Counted from the stretch's first letter, positions 54,295-63,596 are shown. The stretch is DNA of 64,000 nt from an uncultured Actinomycetes bacterium (GCA_963788055.1 CAWBFA010000005.1:233783-297782); one strand, 5' to 3'. Made by a program: numbers and translations. Notes: generated by a model not told the origin, from the letters alone.

Positions 54295-55373
54295 CAATGG
54301 ACGCGGACGCCGACTGCGGAACGCACGGCGTCGACGACGCGCTCCTGGATCGCCGCGTCGATACCCGGCCAGAGCGGAACAGAGAAGTTCTCGGCGGCGG
54401 CGCGCTCGGTCTCGGGCAGGGAGCCGGGCTCCCAGCCGAGGAAGCGGAGCGCGGGCTGGAGGTGGAGCGGCGTCCGGTAGTACGTCGCGGACGAGATCTC
54501 CGCCTCACCGAGCGCCGCTCGGATCGCGTCGCGCTCGGGGGAGCGGCAGACGAAGAGGTGGTAGACGTGGCCCGGCTCGTCCGCGGGGAGCTCCACGAGC
54601 TCGCCGAGCCCGAGCTCCGCATACCGCACGGCGGCCTCGCGCCTACCCCGCGTCCACGCCTCGAGGTGCTCGAGGAACAGGCGCAGGAACGCGGCCTGCA
54701 GCTCGTCGAGACGCGAGTTGTAGCCGACGAAGTGGAAGTCGGTCTTGTCGCGCGAGCCGTGGAACGCCAGCATCCGCACCCGCTCTCCGAGCTCGTCGTC
54801 GTTGACCGCCACGAGCCCACCGTCCCCGAGGCAGAAGAGATTCTTCGTCGGGTAGAAGCTGAACGTCGCCGCGATGCTCGTCCCGATCCCCGGCGATCCG
54901 AACGCCTGCGCGGCGTCCTCGATCACCGGCAGGCCCAGCTGCTCGAGTCCATCGAGCGGCATCGGGCGACCGAAGAGGTGAACGGGCATGATCGCCTTCG
55001 TCCGCTCAGTGACGCGCGAGGCGACGTCGTCGGCGTCGAGGTTGAGGGTCGCCGGGTCGATCTCGGCGAACACCGGCGTCGCACCGCGTCGCGCGATCGA
55101 CTCCGCGGTCGCGTAGAACGTGAACGCGGGGCAGATCACCTCGTCTCCCGGCCCGGCCTCGAGCGCGTCGAGGACGAGGACGAGCGCGTCGGTGCCGTTG
55201 GCGACCCCGATCGTCCGCTTCACGCCGAGGTAGGACGCTGCCTCCTGCTCGAACGCTGCGACGTTCGGCCCGCGGATGAACGCGCCCGAGGCGAGCACCT
55301 CCTCGAACCGCGTCCGCAGCTCTTCGATCAGCGGCGCGTACTGCGCCTTGACGTCAACCAGCGGGATCTGCAC
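54294..55373 (-). CDS. DegT/DnrJ/EryC1/StrS-family PLP sugar aminotransferase (PglE-like)
   Basis: 359-aa ORF. IPLVDVKAQYAPLIEEL, GVANGTDALVL, FSFYPTKNLFCLGDGG. Confidence 0.85.
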   Translation of the reverse strand: MQIPLVDVKAQYAPLIEELRTRFEEVLASGAFIRGPNVAAFEQEAASYLGVKRTIGVANGTDALVLVLDALEAGPGDEVICPAFTFYATAESIARRGATPVFAEIDPATLNLDADDVASRVTERTKAIMPVHLFGRPMPLDGLEQLGLPVIEDAAQAFGSPGIGTSIAATFSFYPTKNLFCLGDGGLVAVNDDELGERVRMLAFHGSRDKTDFHFVGYNSRLDELQAAFLRLFLEHLEAWTRGRREAAVRYAELGLGELVELPADEPGHVYHLFVCRSPERDAIRAALGEAEISSATYYRTPLHLQPALRFLGWEPGSLPETERAAAENFSVPLWPGIDAAIQERVVDAVRSAVGVRVH

Positions 55374-56040
55374 GGCGAGAAAGGGTACTGGAGCGCCGAC
55401 GGCGCACCAGCAGGTACGCCACGCCGAGCACGATCCCTGCCGCGACCGCGTAGTCCACGTAGTGGAAGTTCTCGTGGAACGTCTCCCAGCGCGTACCGAA
55501 GGCGTAGCCGACTCCCGCGAAGACCACGCACCAGAGCGTCGAGCCGGCGAAGGTCAAGAGCGTGTAGCGACCGAGCGGGGCTCGGAAGACGCCGGCCGGG
55601 ATCGAGACGAAGGAACGCGCCACGGGCGTGATCCTCCCCATGAACACGGCCCAGTCCCCCCAGCGCGCGAACCACCGCTCGGCCTTCGCGAGCTTCGGCG
55701 GGGAGAGGTGGAGCCAGCGCCCGTGCCGCTCCAGGTAGGGCCGACCGCCGTAGATCCCGATCGCCCAACCGAGCACCGAGCCGATCGTGTAGCCGATCGT
55801 CCCCGCGAGCACCATCGCGAGCCACGCGCCGAGTCCGCTTTCGAACTCGTACCCGAACAGCACGACGCCCGATGCGAACGCACCCGATGCGAGCGCGCCG
55901 GCGTAGACCATCACGAGCTCGCTCGCGGCCGGCAGCACCGCATCTACGAGCATGAGCAGAAAGACCGCGTAAAGGCCGTGGTCACCGAGCAGCTCCGTAA
56001 CCCTGTCGGTCACGACCGAGGTGACGGAGGCGAGGAGCAA
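55354..56040 (-). CDS. DedA-family membrane protein
   Basis: 228-aa ORF. LYAVFLLMLVDAVLPAASELVMVYAG ... GRITPVARSFVSIPAGVFR. Confidence 0.8.
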   Translation of the reverse strand: MLLASVTSVVTDRVTELLGDHGLYAVFLLMLVDAVLPAASELVMVYAGALASGAFASGVVLFGYEFESGLGAWLAMVLAGTIGYTIGSVLGWAIGIYGGRPYLERHGRWLHLSPPKLAKAERWFARWGDWAVFMGRITPVARSFVSIPAGVFRAPLGRYTLLTFAGSTLWCVVFAGVGYAFGTRWETFHENFHYVDYAVAAGIVLGVAYLLVRRRRSSTLSRRADPAG

Positions 56041-57741
56041 CTACCGGCGTCTGATCGTGAAGGGGGCGGTCAGCGACACCGTGCCGACCGTGTTCTGGGC
56101 CGTGACTCGGAGCTGGTACCGGCCGGCGCGCACCAGCGAACCGTACGTGCTGCGCCCGTTCCACGTGATCGTCTGGGCTCCGGCTGCGCGACTCCGGGCG
56201 GGGAGGCTGCGTACGGTCGAGCCCGAAGCGGTGAGGATCGTCGCGCGCACCTGCGCCGCGCGGCTGAGCGTAAAGCCTCCGCGCACGGTGCCGCCGCGCC
56301 GCGCCGAGCCGACGGTGAGCGACCCGAGCGTGTTGTTCAAGGAGAACGAGCGCTCCGCTTGTGACGCGCGGCCGAGATCGTCGGTCGAATCGACGACGAA
56401 CCGCCAGCGTCCTTCGGGGGCGGTTGCGGCCAACGGGAAGCGGTACGTGCCGACGGCCGTCTTCGGACCGACGTCGACCGGCTGCTCGCTTCCGTCGGGC
56501 GCGACGAGTCGCGCGTTCACCGTCGAGGGCCGCACGATCTTGTAGGCGAGCGTCTGGCGGTCGCCGACGCCGTCGCCGTTCGGCGAGACGATGTCGAGCG
56601 GGAGCTCGGGCACGTGCACGCCGAAGTAGAAGAGGCTGAGCGACTCGGCGATCGACCGCTCGCCGCCTGGGTCGGAAGGCCGGTTGAGCAGCGCGCCCTC
56701 GAATGCCATCGTCGCGGAGCCGCCGCCGTCGAGCGCCGATCCGGTCCACACACCGAGACGCATCAGGAGCATCGCCAGCTCGAAATTCGTCATGCCGACG
56801 CTGTAGCCGGCGCGTCGCCCGTCGACGGTGACGAGCACGATGCGTCCGTCCTGCGTCTGTCCGACCGCGGCGCGAGGCTGCCTCGGCACGAGCTGGTCGG
56901 TCGTGAAGCCTTCGTTCGAGCGAAAGATCGGCCGTCCCTCACGCACGAGCACAGGTCCGCCGCCGACGGCGTCGACGAGCCCCGACCAGTCCGGCGTCAG
57001 CGTGAGGCGGATGGTCACGTTCGAGCCGACCGGCGCCTCGGTCGCGAGCCGCCCGGCTCCGGTTGCTCCTCGTCCGACGAGCACGGCGCCGCCGGCGGGG
57101 ATCGGTGTGGCGCCCCCCTCCTTCGCCTGCACGACGGTGCCGACGAGGTCGCGGAGCGGCGCGGCCGCCGGGAACGGCGTCAACGAGACCTCGACCGTCC
57201 CGCTCGCCGCGGGTGTGGCAGGCCCGTACGTCGGCGTGTACAGCGCGGTCCCGCCGGAGGCGGGATCCTTGTTCAACACGAGCGGCCGGCGCTGCCCGCC
57301 GCCCTGCCACGTGCCCGCGAACTTCACTCGATCGACGCGGAGCGTGCCGTCGGGCGCGATCCCCGTGCTCGACCGCTCCGCGTTCGGCGGCGACGCGAGG
57401 ACACCGTTCATCAGGAGCAGCCCGCTCGGGTAGCCGACGTTCCAGTTGAAGAGGTCGCCGTTCACACCTGCGACGGTCGCGGACGTCGACATCCGGCGCT
57501 GCATCTGCGTCACCTTTTCGCGTCCGACGATCGTCTCGTTCGAGAGGATCGGCTTGAGCGCGTAGAGCCCCACCGGGCGCGGTCCGCGCAGCACGTGCGC
57601 GACGACGGGCCCGTGTGTCGTGAACTGGACCGTCTTCTCGTACGACACGCCGGGCATGAGCAGACGTGGCTGCTGCGCACCCGATGTCGGCGCAAGGACG
57701 AGCGCCGCCAAAGCGGCTGCAATGACAGCCTTTTTGAGCAC
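56041..57741 (-). CDS. secreted phosphodiester glycosidase (NAGPA/DUF2233) family protein with C-terminal FlgD-Ig-like domains
   Basis: 566-aa ORF. Signal peptide KKAVIAAALAALVLAPTSGAQQ. AVGQTQDGRIVLVTVDGRRAGYSVGMTNFELAMLL..ALDGGGSATMAF. The tail is ITWNGRSTYGSLVRAGRYQLRVTA. Confidence 0.65.
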   Translation of the reverse strand: MLKKAVIAAALAALVLAPTSGAQQPRLLMPGVSYEKTVQFTTHGPVVAHVLRGPRPVGLYALKPILSNETIVGREKVTQMQRRMSTSATVAGVNGDLFNWNVGYPSGLLLMNGVLASPPNAERSSTGIAPDGTLRVDRVKFAGTWQGGGQRRPLVLNKDPASGGTALYTPTYGPATPAASGTVEVSLTPFPAAAPLRDLVGTVVQAKEGGATPIPAGGAVLVGRGATGAGRLATEAPVGSNVTIRLTLTPDWSGLVDAVGGGPVLVREGRPIFRSNEGFTTDQLVPRQPRAAVGQTQDGRIVLVTVDGRRAGYSVGMTNFELAMLLMRLGVWTGSALDGGGSATMAFEGALLNRPSDPGGERSIAESLSLFYFGVHVPELPLDIVSPNGDGVGDRQTLAYKIVRPSTVNARLVAPDGSEQPVDVGPKTAVGTYRFPLAATAPEGRWRFVVDSTDDLGRASQAERSFSLNNTLGSLTVGSARRGGTVRGGFTLSRAAQVRATILTASGSTVRSLPARSRAAGAQTITWNGRSTYGSLVRAGRYQLRVTAQNTVGTVSLTAPFTIRRR

Positions 57742-57762
57742 GACCCGCGCAGACGGTAGCGC

Positions 57763-57789
57763 AAGGCCCGGCCGGGTTGGCCGGGCCTT
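57763..57789 (-). terminator. perfect 11-bp GC-rich hairpin after the EEP gene (no U-tract)
   Basis: AAGGCCCGGCC (57763..57773), loop GGGTT, GGCCGGGCCTT (57779..57789). It lies 25 nt downstream of the stop at 57814 and upstream of the start at 57741. Confidence 0.5.
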
Positions 57790-57813
57790 ACGCCTTCCTT
57801 ACGTCGAGGGTCG

Positions 57814-59073
57814 TCAGCCCGTGGGAACCGTCACGTCGACCCACACGGCACGGTGGTCCGACGTCGGCGCCGGGAAGCCGAAGCCCGTGAGGTCCGTGAG
57901 ATAGGGAAACTCGTACGGGTCACCGTCGTTCGGATCCGTCGTCGGCCAGAAGACGCCTGCCCCGAGGATCTGCATCGTCTTCCGCGGGAGGACGTAGTCG
58001 GCCCTGAGGTTTCCGGGGCCTGAGCAAGGCGGCGCCACCGGGGTGTCGCAGAAGTCCGCCGTGTCGTACAGCGGATCCGTCTCGTGCGTGAGGTTCAGCG
58101 CGTCCTGGATCGCGGATGCCCACGGACCACCCTGGCTCGTCGGCGTCACCTTCGTGTTGATCAGCGGGTGGTCGAGCAGTTGCTGGATCGAGCCGGGGAT
58201 GCTGTCGCCGTCGAGCGGGTCGGAGTTCTGGTCGCCCGCGATCACGAACAACTCGCCCGGCTTCAGGCCACCGTGCACACCGCGGTCGTCGTAGATGTAG
58301 TCGGAGCCGGCCGGCGTGATGTAGTCGGCCCAGAAGCGGATCTCGTCGTTGTTCCGCTTGCCGTTGAAGTCGACGCCGGCCGGGAACGCCGGCGGGTCGT
58401 CGAACACGGGCGGAGTCGGATGACTGACGAGGAAGTGGACCGTCTTCTTCCCGATCGTGATCGGAACGTCCCAGTGGCTCTTCGACGACAGGCGGAAGAC
58501 GCCGAGCTCGTCGGCCGAGTACCAGTCAGCAGGCGCCGCAGTCCGCGGGTCGTCCGGAAGCAACGCACCGGGCATGTCCGCCCAGCGGAACAGCTGGAAC
58601 GTCCGCACGTCGTCGACGGCGATCGGGTAGCGCGAGAGCACGAGCATGCCGAACTGGCCCGGGAAGAACCCGAACCCGTACGCGTCGTTCGGCCCGCCGA
58701 TCGTTCCGTCGTTGCTGAAGTCCTTGCCGGACGGGATTCCCGTGTTCGACGGCGCGATGAACGAGTACTCGTAGTGGATCGGCTCGGCCCCATTCTGCGA
58801 CACCTCGAGGTAGTTGTCGCGGAAGAGGTCGACTGCAGCGGGTGCGAAGTCGAACTCGTTGATCAACAGCACGTCAGGCCGATAACGCTGGATCGTCTCG
58901 GCGACGTTCTTCGCCTGCTGGTTGTTCGGCGTCGTCAGGTCCGTGACGAGCTGGCCGGCGAAGTTGCGGTTCAAGGAAGCGTTGAACGTCGAAAAGCGGA
59001 CGTCCGCGTCCTGCGCCTGCGCGGCCGGCGCCAGCACGAGCGCGCAGAAGACCGCGAGCAGCACTCTCTTCAT
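57814..59073 (-). CDS. secreted endonuclease/exonuclease/phosphatase (EEP) family protein
   Basis: Protein-like part of ORF 57814..59127 from the ATG at 59073 (SD GGGGAGAG upstream). Signal peptide KRVLLAVFCALVLAPAAQA. RFSTFNASLNR, DVLLINEFD, C-terminal SDHRAVWVDV. Confidence 0.75.
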   Translation of the reverse strand: MKRVLLAVFCALVLAPAAQAQDADVRFSTFNASLNRNFAGQLVTDLTTPNNQQAKNVAETIQRYRPDVLLINEFDFAPAAVDLFRDNYLEVSQNGAEPIHYEYSFIAPSNTGIPSGKDFSNDGTIGGPNDAYGFGFFPGQFGMLVLSRYPIAVDDVRTFQLFRWADMPGALLPDDPRTAAPADWYSADELGVFRLSSKSHWDVPITIGKKTVHFLVSHPTPPVFDDPPAFPAGVDFNGKRNNDEIRFWADYITPAGSDYIYDDRGVHGGLKPGELFVIAGDQNSDPLDGDSIPGSIQQLLDHPLINTKVTPTSQGGPWASAIQDALNLTHETDPLYDTADFCDTPVAPPCSGPGNLRADYVLPRKTMQILGAGVFWPTTDPNDGDPYEFPYLTDLTGFGFPAPTSDHRAVWVDVTVPTG

Positions 59074-59186
59074 CTCAAGCTCTCCCCTCGTAGCTTTCCC
59101 GGCTGGGTCTACCCCGCTGGGAACCACTTTGCAACGTCGTCACTGCTTCGGCGCCGGACCTTAACCGGCCTCGTACATCAGCGTGC

Positions 59187-60563
59187 TCAGTGGAGGAAGA
59201 ACGGCGGGTCGTCGAGCGCCGCGTCCGCGACGATCGCGATCACGTAGCCGAGGACGAGCAGCACGCCGGTCACCAGATGCAGCTGGATGTTCTTGCCCAT
59301 CGCGGGCATCAGTGCGTACGGCTGGTCGTACGACTCGCGCAGCGCCCGAACGACCGGCAGCGCGAGCGGCGCCGCGAGCAGCGCGATCAGGGTCGGTCGG
59401 ACGATCAGGTCGGTCACCGCGAAGACGACGATCAACCCGAAGGTCACGACCACCGCGGCCTCGTAGCCTCTGATCACGGCCTCCTTCGACCACCGCACGG
59501 GCAGGGTCCGCTTCCCGCTCGCCGCGTCGGCGGGACGGTCGGGCACCTCGTTGACGTACAGGATCAACGCGATCAGGATCGCGACCGGGAGCGAGGCGAG
59601 CAGCGGCTCGAGCGCGTACTCCTGCGCCTGGACGAAGTAGGCGCCGAGCGCCATGATCGGCCCGAAGCCGACCGCGACCGCGAGTTCGCCGAGGCCGCGG
59701 TGCACAAGGCGAAGCGGTGGAGCGGTGTAGAAGAAGCCGATCAGCGCCCCGGCCACGCCGAGCCAGAGCAGGTCCCACCCGCGCGTGGCGGCGAGGAAGA
59801 AGCCGATCCCGATCCCGACGGCGAAGAACCCCGACGCGAGCAACGCCATCGTGCGCATGCTGACGAGCCCGTAGAGGATCACGCGCGAGCCGCCGCTGAA
59901 CTGCGTCGGGTTGACGTTCGCCTCGTCGGCGCCGCTTTGCGTGTCGAAGACGTCGTTGAAGACGTTCACGCCGAGATGGATCGCCGCGCCGCCGACCAGC
60001 GTGACCAGTGCGAGCCACCAGTTGAAACCGTTGACGTACGCTGCCACGGCGATCCCGAGCAGGATCGGCACGAACGTCGCCGACAGGAACGGAAGCCGCG
60101 TCGCGCGCAGGAAGAGCCAGCCGAACGAGAGCTTCGGTCGCACGTCACGGCCGGTCTCGGCCGAGACCCGCTCGAAGTAGCGCCGCGCCTGCGGCACGCT
60201 GCGCTCGGAGAACTCGAAGAAGGGAACCTCCTCCTCGTCCCACCCCAGGACGCGCTCGGGCGACAACACGAGCTCGTCGCCGTCGGCGCGCTCGAGCGTT
60301 CCCCAAAGCGACACGTACCTGCGCTCGTCGTAGCCGATGCCCGGTTGGGGCCGGATGTGGCTGAAGACGACGTTGACCTGCTCGTCGACGGGTGGCTGCA
60401 CCTCATCGCCGCCCACGGCGCGAAGCGCGACGACGCCGCGGTCCGGATCGACGCGAAAGTCCGTCGCAACCGCGAGCGGGTAGCCCTCGCCGTCGACGAA
60501 CACGATCACGGCGTGCTCGAAGCGGTCGCCGAGTCCGGCGAGGAGCTCGGGCGACGGCTTCAC
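59187..60563 (-). CDS. UbiA-family prenyltransferase (MenA-like) with an extra about 140-aa N-terminal soluble domain
   Basis: Protein-like part of ORF 59187..61121 from the GTG at 60563, which overlaps the upstream TGA. The prenyltransferase part carries NVFNDVFDTQSGAD and YVNEVPDRPAD motifs and about 8-9 TM helices. The N-terminal domain (EHAVIVFVDGEGYPLAVATDFRVDP..) looks like a split-barrel fold. Confidence 0.7.
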   Translation of the reverse strand: MKPSPELLAGLGDRFEHAVIVFVDGEGYPLAVATDFRVDPDRGVVALRAVGGDEVQPPVDEQVNVVFSHIRPQPGIGYDERRYVSLWGTLERADGDELVLSPERVLGWDEEEVPFFEFSERSVPQARRYFERVSAETGRDVRPKLSFGWLFLRATRLPFLSATFVPILLGIAVAAYVNGFNWWLALVTLVGGAAIHLGVNVFNDVFDTQSGADEANVNPTQFSGGSRVILYGLVSMRTMALLASGFFAVGIGIGFFLAATRGWDLLWLGVAGALIGFFYTAPPLRLVHRGLGELAVAVGFGPIMALGAYFVQAQEYALEPLLASLPVAILIALILYVNEVPDRPADAASGKRTLPVRWSKEAVIRGYEAAVVVTFGLIVVFAVTDLIVRPTLIALLAAPLALPVVRALRESYDQPYALMPAMGKNIQLHLVTGVLLVLGYVIAIVADAALDDPPFFLH

Positions 60564-61045
60564 CGCACGGCCCCGACGAGCTCGAAGACCTGGGGCGGCC
60601 GTTCGGTTCGACCGTCCTCCCAGAGGAACGCGCGGCGCGGGCTGATCTCGATCACCGCGCGCTCGAAGAAGAGCGGCAGCGCGACGCGCTTGCCGAGAAA
60701 CATGTCGATCACCGGCTCCTTCTTCCGCCACAGCGGCAGGACGCGCTCCCAGCCCGCGTGCAGGTCGCTGTCGTCGACCACGGCGTCTCCTTGGATGGTC
60801 GCCCGGTGGAAGCGCTCCGACTTGACGGCCACCGGGTCGCTGATCGAGAGCGACACCTTCGGGTTCTCCTTGATGTGCTCGAGCTTGCGGGAGAAGAGAA
60901 CGCTCGAGGTGAGGTAGATCAGCTCGCCGTCGTAGAACGGGATCAACGGATGCGTGACCAGACGGCCCTCGGGATCGATGACCGTCAACTCGCCGACGAG
61001 CGCGGTCGCCAGCAGCTCTTCGATCGGCTCGGGGAGCACCCCCAC
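60560..61045 (-). CDS. pyridoxamine-5'-phosphate-oxidase-like (FMN-binding split-barrel) family protein
   Basis: 161-aa ORF. LVGELTVIDPEGRLVTHPLIPFYDGELIYLTSSVLFSRKLEHIKENPKVSLSI is typical of the PNPOx-like fold. Confidence 0.6.
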   Translation of the reverse strand: MGVLPEPIEELLATALVGELTVIDPEGRLVTHPLIPFYDGELIYLTSSVLFSRKLEHIKENPKVSLSISDPVAVKSERFHRATIQGDAVVDDSDLHAGWERVLPLWRKKEPVIDMFLGKRVALPLFFERAVIEISPRRAFLWEDGRTERPPQVFELVGAVR

Positions 61046-61151
61046 ACCGCGGACGATAATGGAGTGCGACGAGTCCGCGCTGTCTTAGCTGAAGGAGGCG
61101 CAGAGTCGCGAATCCGCTCACGCGGATCCGCGACCGCTTGGCGACCTAAAG

Positions 61152-61170
61152 GCGGCCGCTTCGCGGCCGC
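61152..61170 (-). terminator. GCGGCCGC-TTC-GCGGCCGC hairpin after the polyprenyl synthase gene
   Basis: 8-bp perfect stem, 3-nt loop. On the minus strand it is followed by CUUUAGG, a short U-run. It lies 27 nt downstream of the stop at 61197. Confidence 0.4.
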
Positions 61171-61196
61171 TGCCGCACCGACTTCACATCAAGCCG

Positions 61197-62087
61197 CTAG
61201 CTCTTGCGCTCGATCACGATGTGTGTGAGCGCCTCGAGGCGCGGCTCGTCTCGGAGCAGCTCCCGAGCCTGCCGCGTGTAGTCGAGCGCGACGTCCCGCG
61301 AGCGCTCGAGCGCCCCCGTCGCCGCAACACGCACGAGCACACCGTCGAGCGGACCGCCGGCGAGCGCCCGGCGAACGACGTCGTCCTCGCGCGCCGCGAG
61401 GAGCAGCGGCAGGGTCGGCGTTCCTTCGCGCAGGTCGGTGCCGGCGATCTTGCCGGTCTCGATCGTGTCGCCCGAGCAGTCGAGGATGTCGTCGACGATC
61501 TGAAACGCCATGCCGAGCGCGAGGCCGAACCGGCCGAGCCGCACGTCGCGCGAGCCGAGCAGGCAGGCGGCTTCGAAGAGCTTGCCGCTCTTGAGCCCGA
61601 TCCGCTCGAAGTACGCCTCCTCGGTCGTCTCGGGGTCGTGCAGCTGGGAGCGCTGGAGCGCCTCACCGCGCGCGAGCGCGAGACACGTGTCGGCGAGGAT
61701 CCGGACACCCTCGAGATCGCCCGCCTCCGCGAGCTCGGCGAACGCGCGCGCGAAGAGGTAGTCGCCGGCAGCACGGGCCGCGCCCGCGCCGTGGGTGGAC
61801 CAGACGGCGGCGCGCCCGCGGCGCAGCGCGGCGGCGTCGATCAGGTCGTCGTGCACGAGGGTCGCCGTGTGTACGAGCTCGACCGCGACGCCACCGCGGA
61901 GCGCACGCTCGCGGTCATTCGACGTCAGGTGCACGAGCAGCGGGCGGAGCCGCTTGCCTCCGGCATCGAGCGCGTCGGTGCCCACGCGCGCGACCACTCC
62001 CGGTTGCCGCGCGCTCGCGCGGCGCAGGCGCACCTCGAGCTCGTCGAGGTACGGCTCCGCCTGGACGAGCACCGCCTGCGCCTTCAT
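61197..62087 (-). CDS. trans-polyprenyl diphosphate synthase (hepta/octaprenyl type)
   Basis: 296-aa ORF. First DDxxD in LVHDDLIDAA, second in FQIVDDILD. Confidence 0.85.
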   Translation of the reverse strand: MKAQAVLVQAEPYLDELEVRLRRASARQPGVVARVGTDALDAGGKRLRPLLVHLTSNDRERALRGGVAVELVHTATLVHDDLIDAAALRRGRAAVWSTHGAGAARAAGDYLFARAFAELAEAGDLEGVRILADTCLALARGEALQRSQLHDPETTEEAYFERIGLKSGKLFEAACLLGSRDVRLGRFGLALGMAFQIVDDILDCSGDTIETGKIAGTDLREGTPTLPLLLAAREDDVVRRALAGGPLDGVLVRVAATGALERSRDVALDYTRQARELLRDEPRLEALTHIVIERKS

Positions 62088-62782
62088 CGGCGCCCTACGT
62101 GCAGGGAGACGATGCCGCCGGCCAGCAGCCGGTAGCCGACGTCGGCGAAGCCCGCTCGTCGGAGCGCGTCCGCCAGGTCGTCGGGCCCGGGGAAGCGGCG
62201 GACGCTCGCAGGCAGATAGCTGTAGGCGGCGCCGCCGGGAAGCGCCTTGCCCGCCAGCGGGATCAGCACGTCGAACCAGAGCCGGAAGAAGGGACGCAGC
62301 ACGCCACGTGGCCGCGTTATCTCGAGCACCGCGAGGCGTCCTCCCGGCCGTACGACGCGTGCAAGCTCGCGCAGACCCGCGTCGAGATCGTCGACGTTTC
62401 GAATCCCGAAGCCGATCGTCGCGGCCTCGAAGGCAGCGTCGTCGAACGGCAGCGCGAGTACGTCTCCCCGAACCCAGTCGATCGCGTCCGACTTGCGCCG
62501 TGCCCGCTCGAGCATCCGCTCGGAGAAGTCGACTCCCGTCACGTGACCGCCGAGGGCGAGTGCCGCGAGTGCGAGGTCGCCGGTGCCGCAGGCGGCGTCG
62601 AGCACCCGGTCGCCCGGCCGGACTGCGCTCGCCGCTGCGAGCCGGCGCCAGCGCCCGTCGAGCCCCATCGTGAACACGCGGTTCATCGCGTCGTACACCG
62701 GGGCGATGCGATCGAACATCGCACGGACGCCTTCGGGCGAGAGCGTCCCGGAGGAGCGGGTTATGCCGACGGAGACGCGCAT
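62084..62782 (-). CDS. ubiE: demethylmenaquinone methyltransferase (UbiE/MenG family)
   Basis: 232-aa ORF. FDRIAPVYDAMNRVFTMGLDGRWRR, SAM motif VLDAACGTGDLA. Confidence 0.85.
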   Translation of the reverse strand: MRVSVGITRSSGTLSPEGVRAMFDRIAPVYDAMNRVFTMGLDGRWRRLAAASAVRPGDRVLDAACGTGDLALAALALGGHVTGVDFSERMLERARRKSDAIDWVRGDVLALPFDDAAFEAATIGFGIRNVDDLDAGLRELARVVRPGGRLAVLEITRPRGVLRPFFRLWFDVLIPLAGKALPGGAAYSYLPASVRRFPGPDDLADALRRAGFADVGYRLLAGGIVSLHVGRR

Positions 62783-62789
62783 GGGCGGC

Positions 62790-63596
62790 TCACTTGCCGC
62801 CCTTGGACTCCGACAGGAACGTCGCGAGCGCCGTCAGGTTCTCGTCGCCGAGGTTCTCGAATGCGGGCATGACGTTGTTCCCGAACGCCGACGGGTTCGC
62901 GACATAGCGCTTGTAGTAGTCGACGCTTTGTCCGGACGAGCCGATCTCCGAGAGCTCCGGCGCACCGACGTTCGCCGACCCGGAGCCGAGATAGACGTGG
63001 CACTGGAGGCAGCCGACCTGCGCGAAGATCTCGGCGCCGCGCCGGGCCTCCGGCGAGAAGCCTCCCTGCTGCTCCGACCAGCTGTCCACTGCCGCGAGCG
63101 CCTCACTTCCCAGTGACTCGCGCGCGGTCGCGCCCTTGTACGTGAGCACGCCCATCGAGACGGCGGTCAGGACGGCGGCGATCACGGCGACAGGCCGCCG
63201 CGAGAGCCGGCGCTCCGGGCGCCGGTCGATGAACGGGACCGCGAACAGCAGGATCATCAGCAGGGTCGGGATCCCGACCGTGCCGAGGATGACGGACTCC
63301 GGCCATTTGAAGATCCGGAGCAGATAGAAGAGGAAGTAGAAGTACCAGTCCGGCCGCGGGATGAAGCTCGTCGTCCCGGGGTCCGCCTCGTCCGAGTACC
63401 AGGGGCCGATCTCGCCGGGCGTCGTTCCGTCCGCCGTGAAGTACCAGACACAGGCGAGCGCGATGATCACGGAGACGACGACGAGGCTCATCACCGTGTC
63501 GTGGAACATCGCGTACGGGAAGAACGGCTTCCCCTCGCGCTGGACGTCCTCCTTGTAGCGCTTGAAGCCCTCCCTGCGCTCGTCGGCGGCGCTCAC
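62790..63596 (-). CDS. qcrC: menaquinol-cytochrome c reductase subunit IV fused to cytochrome c (Bacillus QcrC type)
   Basis: Protein-like part of ORF 62790..63905 from the GTG at 63596, which overlaps the qcrB TGA. PFFPYAMFHDTV, PDWYFYFLFYLLR (cytochrome b C-terminal domain), then heme-c site GCLQCH and ..NVMPAF. Confidence 0.8.
   Translation of the reverse strand: MSAADERREGFKRYKEDVQREGKPFFPYAMFHDTVMSLVVVSVIIALACVWYFTADGTTPGEIGPWYSDEADPGTTSFIPRPDWYFYFLFYLLRIFKWPESVILGTVGIPTLLMILLFAVPFIDRRPERRLSRRPVAVIAAVLTAVSMGVLTYKGATARESLGSEALAAVDSWSEQQGGFSPEARRGAEIFAQVGCLQCHVYLGSGSANVGAPELSEIGSSGQSVDYYKRYVANPSAFGNNVMPAFENLGDENLTALATFLSESKGGK

Noticed and set aside
61088-61100. Strong AAGGAGG on the plus strand suggesting a small unannotated plus-strand gene
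   Set aside because: No ATG, GTG or TTG follows within a usable distance. The region lies between two minus-strand genes and contains their terminator-like hairpins. The nearby plus-strand ORFs (for example 61221..62135) are antisense artefacts of the polyprenyl synthase gene.
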